A stretch of DNA of 58,030 nt from Harriotta raleighana. Taxonomy: Eukaryota. Location of the stretch: contig JBNZDD010013686.1 in the NCBI GenBank assembly GCA_050575255.1, forward strand, positions 4,398,801 through 4,456,830, given 5' to 3'. The translations under genes and the position numbers were made by a program. The first letter of the stretch is position 1. Every line of letters begins with the position of its first letter. Below the pieces are notes generated by a model. That model was not told the DNA's origin and ran no database searches. It saw nothing but the letters and a program-made list of their open reading frames with translations. Below are positions 25,995 through 39,046 of this stretch, piece by piece.

Positions 25995-26790
25995 ACAACA
26001 TGTTTTTAGAAACAAAACATTGTGCTTCACAAATCTGTTGGAGTTCTTAGAGGAAATAACACAACTAATGGATGGAAGCTTTCTGGAAGGTAAAATATAC
26101 CTGGAGTTTTGTAATACAAGAATCCTTGTACAGTATTTGATAAAACACATAACATCAATGTCTCACAGTGTGTCACTGGAAATTCCTATCAAGTTTTGTC
26201 ATAGTCTGTCTGTAATGAATGTTTAATTCAAATATATACAGTATTTGTATTATATAATATATTTGTATTATATATTATATAATATATTTGTGTTATATAC
26301 TACAGAGTTGATGTCAAATTAGATAGATGGGTAGATGATAGGGGGCTTCAAATTAGAAAGCAGACAATATTGATACTGGTTAAAAATGTTTGACTAGTAA
26401 AGTTTAGCAGATATTGATGATAAGAATGTCGACCACTTAACAATAGAATCGTTGATATGTTTTTTTCTTGATAATATCAAGTAACATGCCCCCAATGGGC
26501 ATCAGATGGAATTTAATGCAGGTAATTGTTTTGCATATCGGACTGGAAAACATGGATAGGATGAAAAGATGTCTCCAATCAATGTTAGAGAAGAATAAAA
26601 CGTTGTATGTGATTATTGATCATTCACACATCACTCGAATGTGAAAGTGCTTATTAAGAAAACTACTCAAATACTAATTTATCTCAAGGAGGTTGAGAGG
26701 AATCTGTTATTCTAACTTTGAAGATGACTGCTGCCTTTGGAGTGCTGTTTGTTTGTATGTGGTCTTGAAAATTAATCTGTGTAGATGTGG
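25995..26790 (+). mobile_element. ancient CR1 ORF2 RT-domain remnant, interrupted by an AT-rich minisatellite
   Basis: QHVFRNKTLCFTNLLEFLEEITQLMDG...IYLEF matches the CR1 RT consensus QHGF..GRSCLTNLLEF.EEVT...D.G..VD..YLDF; QMEFNAG near 26500. Confidence 0.8.
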
Positions 26791-26893
26791 ATGTTATAAG
26801 AAAACAAGGATAGTTATAGATTTTGAAAGCCAAACAGGCTTTTCCAGTAACAACAGTTAATGAATTGCAGACTTTACTCTTTCACAACATTGT

Positions 26894-27049
26894 TTCGCCC
26901 ACAAATATACAGTCAATTTTTCCTACTTTCTTTCTCCCAACTCCTCCCCCCCTGCTCTGATCCCTACTTGACTGTACAGGGCCTTGGGACGTCCTCCCGA
27001 TGTGAAAGGCGCTATATAAATGTAATTTTGATTAATTGATTGATTGATT
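26894..27049 (+). mobile_element. short SINE fragment joined to an L2-type 3' end
   Basis: TTCGCCCACAAATATACAGTCAATT, then GCCTTGGGACGTCCTCCCGATGTGAAAGGCGCTATATAAATGTAATTTTG(ATTG)n. Confidence 0.8.
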
Positions 27050-27605
27050 CTCAATCCAATGGTGTTCAGGTCAACTCCAATAATAATAACTGTTTTTATT
27101 TCAATTTATTTACTACGCCCAAATTATTCATTTTTAAAATGAAGCGAAAGAAATGAAATGCCGAGAATGTGACCATCTTTAACATACATGGCAAACTGCA
27201 AAGCAAATACATAACCATCAATAAACAAGGAAGATGAGCTGATGCTTATGTTGAATGTCAAATTTTGAAGAGCCCTCAAGGGTTGTTTAATAATTGGTGG
27301 ACTGTATCTGTCACGTGGCCTCTACAGAGAACAATATGTTGTGGGGAAATGTGATTTGAAATGCTATTGAATTTTGCTTATTTCTTTAACTATCTATGCA
27401 AAGCATTTATAGCATTTAACTGTGCAAAACATTTGTGTTTTCTTTTAGCCTAATTTATGACAATTCATTTGGCAAATAAAACAATATGACTCGTTTTTCT
27501 TGATAGAAATTCTCTTGCTTCATAACTGATGTTTTATCCCAGCTCTAGCCACATGTGAAAAATAATTAATCGCCGTATTGCATTCTCTGGATCTGCAGAC
27601 ATGAA

Positions 27606-27832
27606 TAACAACAACAACAAAAGTACAAAAGTAGAACAAAAGTTTCATGTCAGGACATCCCAAGGCATTGGACAGTCACTGTGTCAGACCCGAGCTCGGG
27701 ACGGGTGGGAGGGGGAGGGAAGGGGTTGCCATTTAGGAGTCCCCAATGGGACCATCGAAGAGGAGAGTCTTGAGGCAGGACTCGAAGGAGGCCAGGGAGG
27801 GTGCGAGGATTTAGAGCTTCAAGGGTCTACAG
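27606..27832 (-). mobile_element. L2 LINE 3' end
   Basis: Minus strand encodes SFESCLKTLLFD (L2 ORF2 end, FKxxLKTxLF), then GCCTTGGGATGTCC and (TTG)n. Confidence 0.8.
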
Positions 27833-28129
27833 TCGTGATTAAAGTTTTCAACATGGCCACTCGTCTGATGTTGATTACTGTATCTCCCACCTTTTTGGAA
27901 CTCTACTTTTGTGCTGTTTCCACTACATATTTTGACACCAGGAATTTGTCATTGATTCACTGGCCAACACAGCACAAATCATGATGGAACCCAGTTTCTG
28001 GTTCTGCATGAAGGGTGTTTCAGGACCTGACCAGTTGATACCTGAAGAGTAAAAAAGATACAAAGGCAGATTTAAATTGGATTGGATTCCACTTCCTCCC
28101 CTAACATTTTGCCCTTCCCTGTGGAGTTT

Positions 28130-28446
28130 GTGGAGTCCTGCAATTTGTTGGTTAGAGCATTCACCTTACAAGCGAGAGACCTGGGTTCAATTCCAGCTCG
28201 GGTGAAACCTTGGGCACGTTTCCTTACTAACCGCTCCTAATAATAATCCCTCCAAAAAAACCAGTAATAAATTGGTCATTTCAATCCATGACTGTTTGTG
28301 GGGATACCGTTGTGCGCAATTGGCTGCCACATTTTGGCCACATACAGTATATACAGTCAATTCACTTTACAGTATATTCTGTGAAGCGCTTTGGGCATCT
28401 AGAAGATGTGAAGAAGCACTACATCAAATATAAGAATTATTATTAT
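28130..28446 (+). mobile_element. tRNA-derived SINE, full length
   Basis: Head GTGGAGTCCTG...GGTTAGAGC...GGGTTCAATTCC, internal TAATAATAATCCCT, Deu core, (ATT)n tail. Confidence 0.93.
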
Positions 28447-30350
28447 AATTAACAAAATGACAGCGTTTTTAAAAAAAATCAGTTACAGAAGATCTGATGG
28501 CTATGATAAAATCTGATCCATGGAAGAGCCTCTTTGATCTCTGTTTTTACCCAACTTCTTACACTTTAACTGCCTTGCAGCTTAGTACACTGTGACAAAT
28601 TTATTATTGAACATTTTAAGATAGTATAACATAGGCACTGTTCTCATTTCCAAGAATACTAATTGAGTTAGAAAACAGAAAAGATTGCAGCATGCATCGA
28701 TCTATTTTCTCTTTTTGAGTTTCCATCGAAACCATTATTTGCCAATTTCAATGCAAGTTAATTACAAATTATTGCAGATATTAAAAATAGAGTGAAATAG
28801 TCTGAGTGGGTACATCAAATTATAATTCCGATTTCACAGTTTAATGCAGTTCTTAACCTGAATGAATGCAGTCGTTAAGCATTAATTACTAATTGGTGTC
28901 ATGAGCATTGTAGGAAATATAACATTTTCAAATTTGTTAGTTTACTTATTACGTTTTTTTTTAACTGGAGTTTGAAAGGGTTTACCATTTTAGACCCATT
29001 TGATTTGCTCCTTAAGCATCATACAGCCAGCTAGCTGTGAAATTAATCTTAGTGAAAAGGGTTGTTAATAATGCCAAACTAAAACAATATTACAGAGATT
29101 TATTTTGAATTGACTTTGGATTATAGGAACCTTATTGATCATGAACTTGTTGAACATTCAAACTCCTGAATAAACATGGGAACTGTGAGATTAGTGCATC
29201 AGATATTTTCACCAAGCACTTTATCTACTGCAACAAACATATTGCACAACAAGATAACGTTTAGAAGTTTCTCAATCTTTCAGTAGTTTTTCAGCGTTAA
29301 GGAGAAAAAGATGTGGAACATCACAAAACCCAACCATCATCAAATAAGATTGAACTATAAACAGAAAATTCCTGATGAAATTGTCAAAAAGGTTCATTTT
29401 CAGATGAAAACGGCTACAATGTCAAACTGAGTACAGTACTAGGGGAAGATGAGCAGAGTTTCGTTCAGCATCAGTTTTGCCAGGAGCCAGATTGTATTTT
29501 CAAATCACTGGGGGAAAATGGTGAATGGAAGGAAAATCAAGATTGTAACAGTGTCTTCATTATAAAATAAATAAAGCTTGTCACATCATGTATACCGCGA
29601 AGCAGATCTGTAAATCCTTAACTACCTAATGGGCACTTATTAAATGTTCCCCGGTTGCCCAGCACATCTTGTTTTGCGAATCATGCATGGTAAGTTTTTG
29701 ATTTATCCAATTTCCCTGTGCCAGCGCATTGTGTTGCTTCAAGAAGGGAAGAAAATTAATATAAATGTAAACTGCTTTTCACAGAGTTCGCTGACACGAA
29801 CCACCCAGGTTCCTAATGCTTTGTCAGACGAGACAGCTCAGTTTTCATCAAGTTGCAGGGAGACTGACAAACCTGTGCTTGTGTCTTTTACAAATGTCTT
29901 TTACAAATAAAGACCTGCATAATGGCCAGGATCACTTCATAGTTTAATGATCATGATTCTTGTGTTTGATGAAGCGCCTTTTATGCCTTTTTGCCCTCTT
30001 CAAAGGCTTAATGGGAATCTAATTGTGGAGTGGAGTGTTTTTTCAGATGTGTTTTTGTAGGCAAATTGATTGTATTTTTCCGTACTAGTCCTCTTCTTAC
30101 TAGTTTTAGATCCTGCATGTATTTCAGCATGATTCCAAATGTTTTTGTTCAGCACCCAAAAGGTGATTACCTCAAGCTGTGTGATGGCATTGTACTGAAT
30201 AAGTCTTGCTCCTCATGTGCTGTGAAACAGCTGGGCTGACAAATTGAGAAATCTTTGTTCAAAATAAGAGTGAATTTTCCTAGTGGGAAATCTCTCTGCC
30301 TTTAATATTTCAATTCATATTGAAGACACACTTAGTGTTGGTCCAAATCC

Positions 30351-30415
30351 CTGACTGTCCAGTGCCTTGTGATGCCTTCTCAACATGAAGCTGTTATACA
30401 AATATAATTTGGTTG
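30351..30415 (+). mobile_element. L2-type 3' tail fragment
   Basis: CTGACTGTCCAGTGCCTTGTGATG...TATACAAATATAATTT. Confidence 0.6.
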
Positions 30416-30545
30416 GGGTTGCGATGATCAACAAAGCCAATATACACAGCCTGCACTTGTGAGCTAAATCAGAACTTGAACTCTGATTCAGATACTTCTA
30501 GAATACATTTTGTTTGTAGGTGGAAACTGGATGGGGATAGTTATG

Positions 30546-30637
30546 GCCCCCTGGCTCAGCCTCGGGCTCCACCATTGTTAAGCCCTCTTGAGACGCTGCC
30601 CAGCATGGAGGATGCTAAACAAACACTAGTTGTTGTT
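30546..30637 (+). mobile_element. L2 3' tail fragment (subfamily of 53081-53430)
   Basis: GCCCCCTGGCT...CATTGTTAAGCCCTCTTGAGAC...TGGAGGATGCTA...AGTTGTTGTT aligns to the reverse complement of 53081-53180. Confidence 0.65.
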
Positions 30638-31781
30638 ATGGTATGAAGCAGAATCAATAGTGAAAGCATGACTGCAAGCCCCTCAACCACATAGTTGCAT
30701 AAATATATAGGACCATTGTGTTGACACTGTTTTAATTTGAAAAGTCAACCTTATGTAACATTGGATGCTTAGTCACTTCTAGGATAGGCAGAAAATTACT
30801 TCATGATCCTCCTTCGCTCTCCTTCAGTATGGAGAGCCCCGGAGGCAGTTTTCCACCTCATCAGTAAATGGTTACATTAGCCACAAGTCTGTGCTTACTG
30901 CTCAGGTGTAGCAAGCAAAGATTAGAACATCAGGACAGTTCAGACAGATATAGCTATCTGCTCGCTGTAAGCCTGAATTCAGCATGTATGCTGGAATAAT
31001 GCTTGAGTGAATCAACCACAACTTTAGTTTTTATTAAAGCACTATTGCTGGATTAGTTAAATATCTTCTGCTTTCTCTCTGTCCACATCCCATGGTTTTA
31101 CTCGGGTCAACTATGTGCAGAGTCACTGCAGTGTTTTATTATTTTTTTAAATGACTGTTTAGTCGCTTTTATCTTCCTTTTTTAAAAAACTTCAATACCA
31201 ATTAATGCTAATCAGAAAAATTCCTAAACAAGGAGCTACAGAACCCATTTCAGATTGGTCCAGCTATCTCGAGCATCGCTTAGCTAATGAAAACGAAAGC
31301 ATTAAGAGATACGGGGTGGGTATTGTTTGTTTTACTGCAGCATCTGGACTATCTGCAGACTTCAATCTGTCCCTGAGTCACCTTCTGGTCTTGTTTCACA
31401 GAGCCTTTGTAAAGGTGATCAGTAGTGAAAGCTGATACTCCCCAATGTTATACAGCATTGATGGGTGAACATACGGATGCCTGATCCAACACAACTCTTG
31501 TTTATGAACAAGTAGCCTTAAACTGTGCACTTAGTGGTCCAAAATATTAATGGAGCTCATGATTTTTTTAATACACGGAATCATTGTAAGATTATGGTGC
31601 AAATTGCATTGATGAATGCTGATGGATTGTCTGCTGACTGTTTATTGTTATCAGGACATTCGGTGAGACTATTTGTAAGCTACTGTATTATGTTTCATCG
31701 TATTGACCCCTAGATCCCTGTTGATGTCCGATGGCCAGCTTGAAACCAGTAAAAATGACTTTGAGATAGAGAGGTAGAGAG

Positions 31782-31958
31782 ATAGAGAGCAAGAGGACGA
31801 TGCGAATTTAAAAAAAATCGAAAAATGACAAAAACAAAATGAAAACAACACAAATGAGAAGAAAAGTGANATAGAGAGCAAGAGGACGATGCGAATTTTA
31901 AAAAAATTGAAAAATGACAAAAACAAAATGAAAACAACACAAATGAGAAGAAAAGTGA
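31782..31958. repeat. 88-bp tandem duplicate separated by one N (likely two alleles)
   Basis: 31782-31869 and 31871-31958 differ only at two positions around a T/A run; N at 31870. Confidence 0.9.
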
Positions 31959-34009
31959 AGAGGGAAAGGAAATAAGGAAATGACAAGAGGAATTGAACTC
32001 TTTACAGTTTCATAACTCACCAAATGTAACGTCTCTAATCACCAAGAACCATGCTTGAATTTTAATGGGAAGATTTAAGTGCTTAAAAAAACTGAATAAG
32101 TTTCATCATTCTTATGAACCCTTGTGGTTATGGGAAAAGCTACAACAAACTACAACTGTTGAATGCCCATGTTCAAAGCACATGTATGTGGCTGTGGTAC
32201 AATGGCTGACTTACAGGTTATATTAAATCACCACTGACAATGCTTCCTACTTTACTATAAGCATGGCAGTAAATGATTACAACTGGATCCAATGACTCAG
32301 AAGTCGGACATTTTTCTTTTCGTACAGAAAGCAACCCACCAGCTGGGAGTGAATGGTCAACTTTGTGTGCACCCAGAGAAAACAGCTGTAAAGCTGCATA
32401 TTTAGAGCATTTTATGAATCCCAGTCAACCCCACTCTGATGGAATTACACTTTACCAAGATGTAATACAATGCAATAAATTGCTAGGGTACTTTTGTTTA
32501 GCTTGTCAAAGGCTTTGTGGTTCTATTCTTTAAAACACATTTGAAAAAGCATACATAATCAGAAGAGGAATAGTACTCAGTGTTTATTTCTTCAAAAACC
32601 TTTTGTGTAACCGACATTGTCTTAAACAATGGGAATGAGGGAGAAAAGGCAAAATTGTAATGGAAACATAACTCAAACCATATGGAGAGGTTTTAGACAA
32701 ACTAGGATTGCACTTTGTGACCCTGTCTCAGATTATTTAGCTTTCGGAGAACAAGATCTGTCCTTAGAAATTCTATTACAAAGAGTTATGTTTTTTGTTA
32801 TGACAAGAGTATTATTTAGAAGCTGATTCATAACACTTCGATCAAAATTGATAGCAAAATACTTAGTGCTGATATGTCATCAGATATTGATCTTATAAAC
32901 ATAGATATTGGTAAACATAGATATTGGTAAATCTTTGTCTGGTATACTGTGCCAAACCTATATACCGTAGAATTTGTCGTGTTCAGCAAATAGAAATCTC
33001 CTACAAATGCATAGCCTCTGAAAGCAAGCAATCTGTCAATGTTTCAGGTGTGACGCTTCATCACATTTGTATCCCTAAGGTAAGCTACAATGCTGAAAAG
33101 TTAAGTACTCTACCTCAGTTGTTTCTTCAGAGCTCTGTCAAAGTGCATGCAAACTTCTAAGAGCCCATCGCCAGTGTCAAAGACCTGAATATTTTAGGCA
33201 ATTTATATTTTAACACGAGGAGTCAAAGGGTAAATCATAAATGCTTACATAGTTCTAGTGCGATTGCTGTAAGGAGAAAGCCATCTGTTGAAGATAATGG
33301 GTGCAAAGCATTCTGTGGATTACGTACAGAGAGATCTGCGAATTTAAATTGTTTCAGGCAACTAGCTCACAACTATTAAGTAAAGTCATGCATCAGACAG
33401 TTAGTCTCTGTCCTTGACTTAATCGAGCTCGAAAATGAAATCATTTGGTCATAAAGTACATGCTCGACGAGCAAATTGCAAAACAGGTGTTTTATGGCAA
33501 ATATTATCTGAGCAGTCCAGCGATGTGTTCAGAGGGCATTTGGATTTGGTGTGTGTGCTTGCTCACAGCTTTTTGAAATCCACTTGGCATTTCAGTAGTT
33601 GCTCATTATTTAAAATAAGAGGGTTAAAATAGCAATTCATACCTGTCACTTGGAATGCAGGCACACAACTGATAGATCAGTTTTGGCACTCCATCTTAAT
33701 CAGCTCTTTAGCAAGATCGGAATGGTCTGTGCAAGATAACTACATTATTGAATGGTCTACTAATGGGTTCTGCCTTTGTAAATGGTCAAACAAGTGTCTG
33801 CAGTGCAAGCTTTTTCTCGATTTGTTTCGGATGGTGTTGTTCACATTGCTGTTGTCTATAAATACACAGTAAAAGAGTTCAAGTGATTGATAAATAAGCT
33901 CTTCCATAGGTTTAATTATTGTGTTGCACTAATTACCTGACAGGAAATCGTCAACTTGTCCAATAAAGGTTGTTTAATTACATCTTTTGATACTGAATGT
34001 TGTTTAAGG

Positions 34010-34237
34010 TGTTGGTGATTGATGAGTGACACTGGACAGAGATGTTTAAAGGTTGAGCAATACTCTGGGTTGAGTAATAAATGATAGACAAATGCACCAG
34101 CTTGTCCAATTTGATACCATATATCAACATCATTGGAATGTCAACCTAGACTATGAACTCTTGTCTTATAAAACAGCAGCCTTCACGTCTCTGCATTTGC
34201 CTCACCTTGAACTAAGTTTAAGCACAGCTGAGCCAGT
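34010..34237 (-). mobile_element. decayed long-form DeuSINE fragment
   Basis: CATTGGAATGTCAACCTAGACTATGAACTC...CTGAGCCA is the reverse complement of the SacSINE-like 5' region. Confidence 0.55.
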
Positions 34238-34726
34238 TAAAGTTTTATATCAGCAGAGAGCAACTCAATGAAATATCCAAGTTGAGTAATAAAGGATAGA
34301 CAAATTGGACAAGGTATTTGAAACCATATCCCAGCATGAGCTTGCGTCCTTTACATAGAAGCGGTTTCAAACCAGTCTGGTATTTATTCTGTGAGCTCAC
34401 AACACTATTTCCTAATTAGGTTATTCATCCTCATTTGTACCATTCCTGAAGGTTGATATCAAATATTAAAAGTAAAATGTTTGTATCCTCATTTGACTGT
34501 CGGTTCATATCTATAAATAATACAGTGAATCCAGTCGGCTTAATAAATGGTGATACCCTAGGATCATTTAAAAATGATACATCGACAATTATGATGTTGA
34601 GTTCTGATCAGGATGGTTTCCCAATGTTAAAACAAAGTTGTCCATTTATTTGTGGAATTAATGCTAAATAATGTAAAATCGCTTCCTTGTTTTCTCATAA
34701 GTATTTGGATGTCCCCCGTAAGACTA

Positions 34727-35468
34727 AGTAAAACCTTGTTTATCCGTGACTCGACGAACCGGAAAACCCGTTCAACCGCTATCTCAAAAAAAGTCCCGAT
34801 TTGATGAACCGGAAGTTATCCAGCAGAATAGTAAAGACGCTTTTAATGAATGCATTATTATTCATAATAATATGAATTAATCATAATAATTCCCGCATGC
34901 AAGTACTGCTGCAGTTATATTGGCGGCCGCTAGTTGAGCCTAAAGTTGCGCTTCTGACATTTTTTTCAAAACTCGTGATACTATCGTTTTTTTAAAAAAT
35001 ACAGTTTTCCCGATTTTTTTCTCCTTTGACGGCCATTGTAGAAGTTAAGTATAAATTATAAAGTACTAATACAATATTCTGTTAGTATAGTATCTGTTAT
35101 TAGTGTAGTTAGTCTATTATTTATATAGTATTGTTCAACATTTCCATGTGCATGTGTGTGTGTATGTATGTGTGTGTGTGTACTCTCACTCTCTCTCTGC
35201 AAAACCAGCGAATTCAATCAATTCAAAATACCTCGCAAGAAGGCTTCACAGTAATCGACCGTGCCTTCCCCTCGCTGAGTGTTAGCAGCATGCGGATGGC
35301 AGCTCCCTGTGTTTACATAGGGTGGGAGCTGGTAATCTGTTATTACTGTGTTAAAATTATTTTTAATTTTTTTTATTATTTTCAATTTTTTAAAAATCCG
35401 TTTAACCAGAAAACCATTCAACCACCACTGGCCAGGTCCCGCCTGTGCCGGATAAACAAGGTTTTACT
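34727..35468. mobile_element. non-autonomous Tigger/pogo-like DNA transposon (~740 bp)
   Basis: Perfect 20-bp inverted repeats AGTAAAACCTTGTTTATCCG (34727-34746) / CGGATAAACAAGGTTTTACT (35449-35468), TA nearby at both ends, AACCGGAA-type subterminal repeats, no transposase ORF. Confidence 0.85.
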
Positions 35469-36334
35469 CTAAATCATGTTGTAACTAGTCTTGAATTCAG
35501 ACAAGCAGACTATGAAGGAATAAGTTATTAGGGGTCTTTAGCTTGAAATTACTCAGACCTGATAGTTGTACAATAAAACCTGCGTCGTTAGCAATGCTTT
35601 GAGTGGCCTTGTCCTCGCAGACCTTAAATAGGACCTACAGCTTCCCATTACATTTGTTCATATTATACATTGGCGTTTAGTAGGTGTTAATTAACAACGG
35701 TGCTGTATTACAAAGCACTTTGGGGAATAAAGAAATTAAAGAATAAAGCAAATGGATAAATGGTGCAATTACGATAATCTGCAATAGAATTAAATCAATG
35801 ATATGATGTGGAGCAATAACTTTTAGAATAATTACACCCTGTCTTTTTTTTATTTAAGCGACAGCTAGAATAATCATTTGGCATTAAGCTTCATGTCACG
35901 TCATTGATGTAAATTTTGTCATGCACCCATACACTTCAGTTTCAAGTAAAAATAATGCAATAGTTTATAATATTCAGATAGTCACTGATGTTATAGTCAG
36001 ATATGTACCCTAGAAATATCCTGGAAGACCATGAACACATTCTGCACTCTTAAATACCAGTGATTCCTTTTAATTTATCTATCATGTAAGGGGAAATTCT
36101 TCTAATTGGCTGGGATTTTACTCCAGATAATATCGGACTGTGGAGTGATAGTGTCTGATTGGAAGGTCCGTTTAATTCCTGAATTTAAACTTGTGTTTAA
36201 AAACAGAAGGAAACATGCAATGGGGCAGGGCCATACAGCAAGGCAAGCTGTCTCTTCCATTAATCTTGTGGGATCTTCCCTGACATGGATTTTCAATCTC
36301 TGTTTCAATGACAAAAAAAGAATTGATAGCCCCC

Positions 36335-36408
36335 TGTCCATCTATCAGGACCTTGGGATGACCTGTCAATGTGAAATGCTCTACATAAATGCAATTTGTT
36401 GTTCTTCT
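36335..36408 (+). mobile_element. L2-type 3' tail fragment (duplicated at 39933-40006)
   Basis: CCTTGGGATGACC...GTGAAATGCTCTACATAAATGCAATTTGTTGTT. Confidence 0.7.
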
Positions 36409-36538
36409 TAATGTGTAAATTTGTTAGGGTTATGCTAAAACTACTGGGGGAAATTCACAAAGTTTCATGACTGTTGCTTGCAATAACTAGTGTGTATAAT
36501 TTGTTCGATTTAGTCTTTAACAACATCCAAATGTTGGA

Positions 36539-36743
36539 TAACAACAACACTAAAAACTTGCATTTATACAGTGTACCTCATGCAAGGCAGCATCCCAGAG
36601 TCCTAGATAACAATTGCTGGCAATATTTAACACCAATAATACAGTACTTATGAAACATTGCAAATTACACCACAGCCTGAAACATATTTAACAACAACAA
36701 AATTACATTTGTATAGCGCTTTCACGTCAGGAGGATGTCCCAA
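36539..36743 (-). mobile_element. two L2-type 3' tail fragments (duplicated at 40137-40341)
   Basis: (AAC)n ACTTGCATTTATA... at 36539-36600 and (AAC)n AAATTACATTTGTATAGCGCTTTCACGTCAGGAGGATGTCCCAA at 36690-36743. Confidence 0.7.
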
Positions 36744-37262
36744 TTTAAGCAATAATTTCTCAAACCATATGAAGTTTGTCAAATTTTTTAAAAAGGCCCA
36801 AATGAATGAATAAAATGAAATAATGCAGTTTCTTCAATGTTAATTTTTCTTCACCCTGTAGTAACAGAAAATGAAATCTGTAAAAACAATAAACTAGATT
36901 ATTTGTTTTGTTTGTCCCCAAATTCCTTAGGAAAAGTAGAATGGCATGCAAATTGGGGAGTCATTATTTATATATCAGCAGAGATTGAATCCTTATCTGC
37001 CATGATGAGAGTAATAAGATATTTTTAATATAAAAGAAAATGTAAACTTTATCTTCCTTTTCTGTGCCTTCCTGATCACCACATACTGATCAAATGCACT
37101 TGGAAAGTTGGACAATGGAAATCTTGTTCCTGTTGGTTCTCTGGAGATAGATCTCTGAATGCTAACCACCATCTAATATCTCATACCTTTGATGGTAGCA
37201 TTCATAGTTGCTCTTCTTTGATACTCATGGCTTTGCTTATATGTATATTTTCAATAAAACTT

Positions 37263-37319
37263 CCATTACTAATGGAAATACCATTACTAAATACCATTAT
37301 TTAGGTAATACCATTACTA
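37263..37319. repeat. short minisatellite of AATACCATTACT-like units (duplicated at 40861-40917)
   Basis: Four CCATTA(C/T)T units. Confidence 0.7.
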
Positions 37320-37450
37320 GAGAAGCTCTCTCTTATCCCAACAATGTATTTTACGTTCAGCAACTTTCGAGCTTCTCCTACAAAATGTAAGTAACTGTGC
37401 TCTATAATACATCTTATGAAGCTCTTTGATATGGTCATTCAATGTAAAAT

Positions 37451-37557
37451 AATAAATAATAATCCTTGCATTTGATTATAGCGCTTTTCACATCTTATCA
37501 ACGTCTCAAAGTGCTTCACAGAATATACTGTAAAGTGAATTGATTGTATATTTGTGG
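37451..37557 (-). mobile_element. SINE 3' fragment (duplicated at 41049-41155)
   Basis: AATAATCCTTGCATTTGA...GCGCTTTTCACATCTTATCAACGTC...GTAAAGTGAATTGA. Confidence 0.88.
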
Positions 37558-38454
37558 ATGAAAGATGATGTATGAATGCAAGAATTTTTATTAACTTCCT
37601 TATAAAACTCAAATCTTCACAAGACATGTGAGATACTAGCTGGTGGATATCCTGACAGTGTTGTGTTTTGATGGGATAAAAGTAAAGGCATGACATTGTA
37701 TGTTTTTTGTGATTTGGGTGTCTGACATCCGCAGAAACCCATCAGCAAACCAAATTGAGAGTTTCATGTCTAGGTGGGACACACCCTCAAATAGACACAC
37801 TCTATTTGATCGGGATATTCTTAAGCACGGTGATGGGTTTCTACATGTACCAAACACCTGGCTGATCAACAAAAATCCAATCTGCGATCACTTTTAGTTT
37901 TCTTCATATATGAGATAGTTTTAATCATTTCTGAAGAAGAAAAGAAAATGGAAGCATGTGAAAGCGTCTAATAATTGTAGCTGTTCAAAATTGGAATTCA
38001 ACCAGATTGAAAGAGATACATTTTCTTTTCTTCGTTGAACAAAGCAACGCAGTCACTTTGTCCACCTTGTCCAGGGGAACATTATTTTCAGCTAAAATAA
38101 ATTAAATCAGGCTGCAATCAAGAACCCAATATCAGCAAGCTTTTGTGATTGCCAAAATATGAAGTGATCTCCCAGATGATGGATTATGTGTTCAGTAAAT
38201 TATTTTTCAATCTAATCGCACAATCGTGTGTTGGTACTTCATTTGACTTTGACCATTATCTGCCTTTCACTAAATGAAACCTTCTTCTAGTTCGGAGGGT
38301 GAGGTGTGAGAAAATAATTCAGAAACTATCTTGAATATATATCACCAAACCGAAGCAACCGAAGTTGAAATTATGTAAAGATGATCTCTAAGATTTTTAG
38401 CTGATATTAAAAGAATCAGAAGAAATCTGAAGATCGATGAGCAATAATGATGAG

Positions 38455-38664
38455 TAATAATAATAATCCCTCAAAAAAACCCACAATAATAAAATTGGTC
38501 ATTTCAATCCATGACTGTTTGTGGGGACGCTGCTGTGCGCAATTGGCTGCCACATTCCGCCCAGAAATATACAGTCAATTCACTTTACAGTATATTCTGT
38601 GAAGCGCTTTGGGACGTTGATAAGATGTGAAAAGCGCTACATCAAATGCAAGGATTATTATTAT
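38455..38664 (+). mobile_element. SINE, 5'-truncated at the internal (TAA)n site
   Basis: TAATAATAATCCCTC...Deu core...AAATGCAAGGATTATTATTAT. Confidence 0.92.
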
Positions 38665-38783
38665 ATATTATGAGGAGAGTTGCGTTACAGTAGATTATTC
38701 ACACGAGTGTGTTGTACATATCGAGTATATGGGTACAACAAATTGATGGTTCATGGTGTCTCTGTATGCATTAGTATTATATT

Positions 38784-38888
38784 GGGGCACTACTGTGCGC
38801 ATTTGGCTGCTGCGTTTATTTCACAAATATACAGTAAATTCACTTTACCAAATAATCTGTGAAGATCTTTGAGAGGTCTAGAAGACGT
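38784..38888 (+). mobile_element. SINE 3'-half fragment (duplicated at 42382-42486)
   Basis: GGGGCACTACTGTGCGCATTTGGCTGC...CACTTTAC...CTAGAAGACGT. Confidence 0.8.
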
Positions 38889-39046
38889 CCAGTCTTTCTT
38901 TGCTCAGCAATTTGACTTGGAAACATGTGTGAACATCAACTGAGCTCTTCAACCCAAAACCTGTCAGGCAGAATGTTCCAGGCTAGGCAAGTTTTTAAAA
39001 AAAATTTACCAGTGCTTCTTTATGCGCTTTTAGATGAATGGAAGAN

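Larger units (their letters stand above)
35449..39045 (+). repeat. 3.6-kb tandem duplication, copy 1
   Basis: Matches 39047-42641 at offset 3598 with only a few differences. Confidence 0.97.

Noticed and set aside
31782-31958. Real 88-bp tandem repeat with hydrophobic ORFs
   Set aside because: Single-N join with allele-like differences; the ORFs reflect low-complexity A-rich sequence.
32987-33079. 93-nt plus-strand exon ending AAG|GTAAGC
   Set aside because: Weak pyrimidine tract, unrecognised peptide and no partner exons.
34740-35040. CpG-island promoter
   Set aside because: The CpGs lie between the TIRs of a DNA transposon and the segment is AT-rich.
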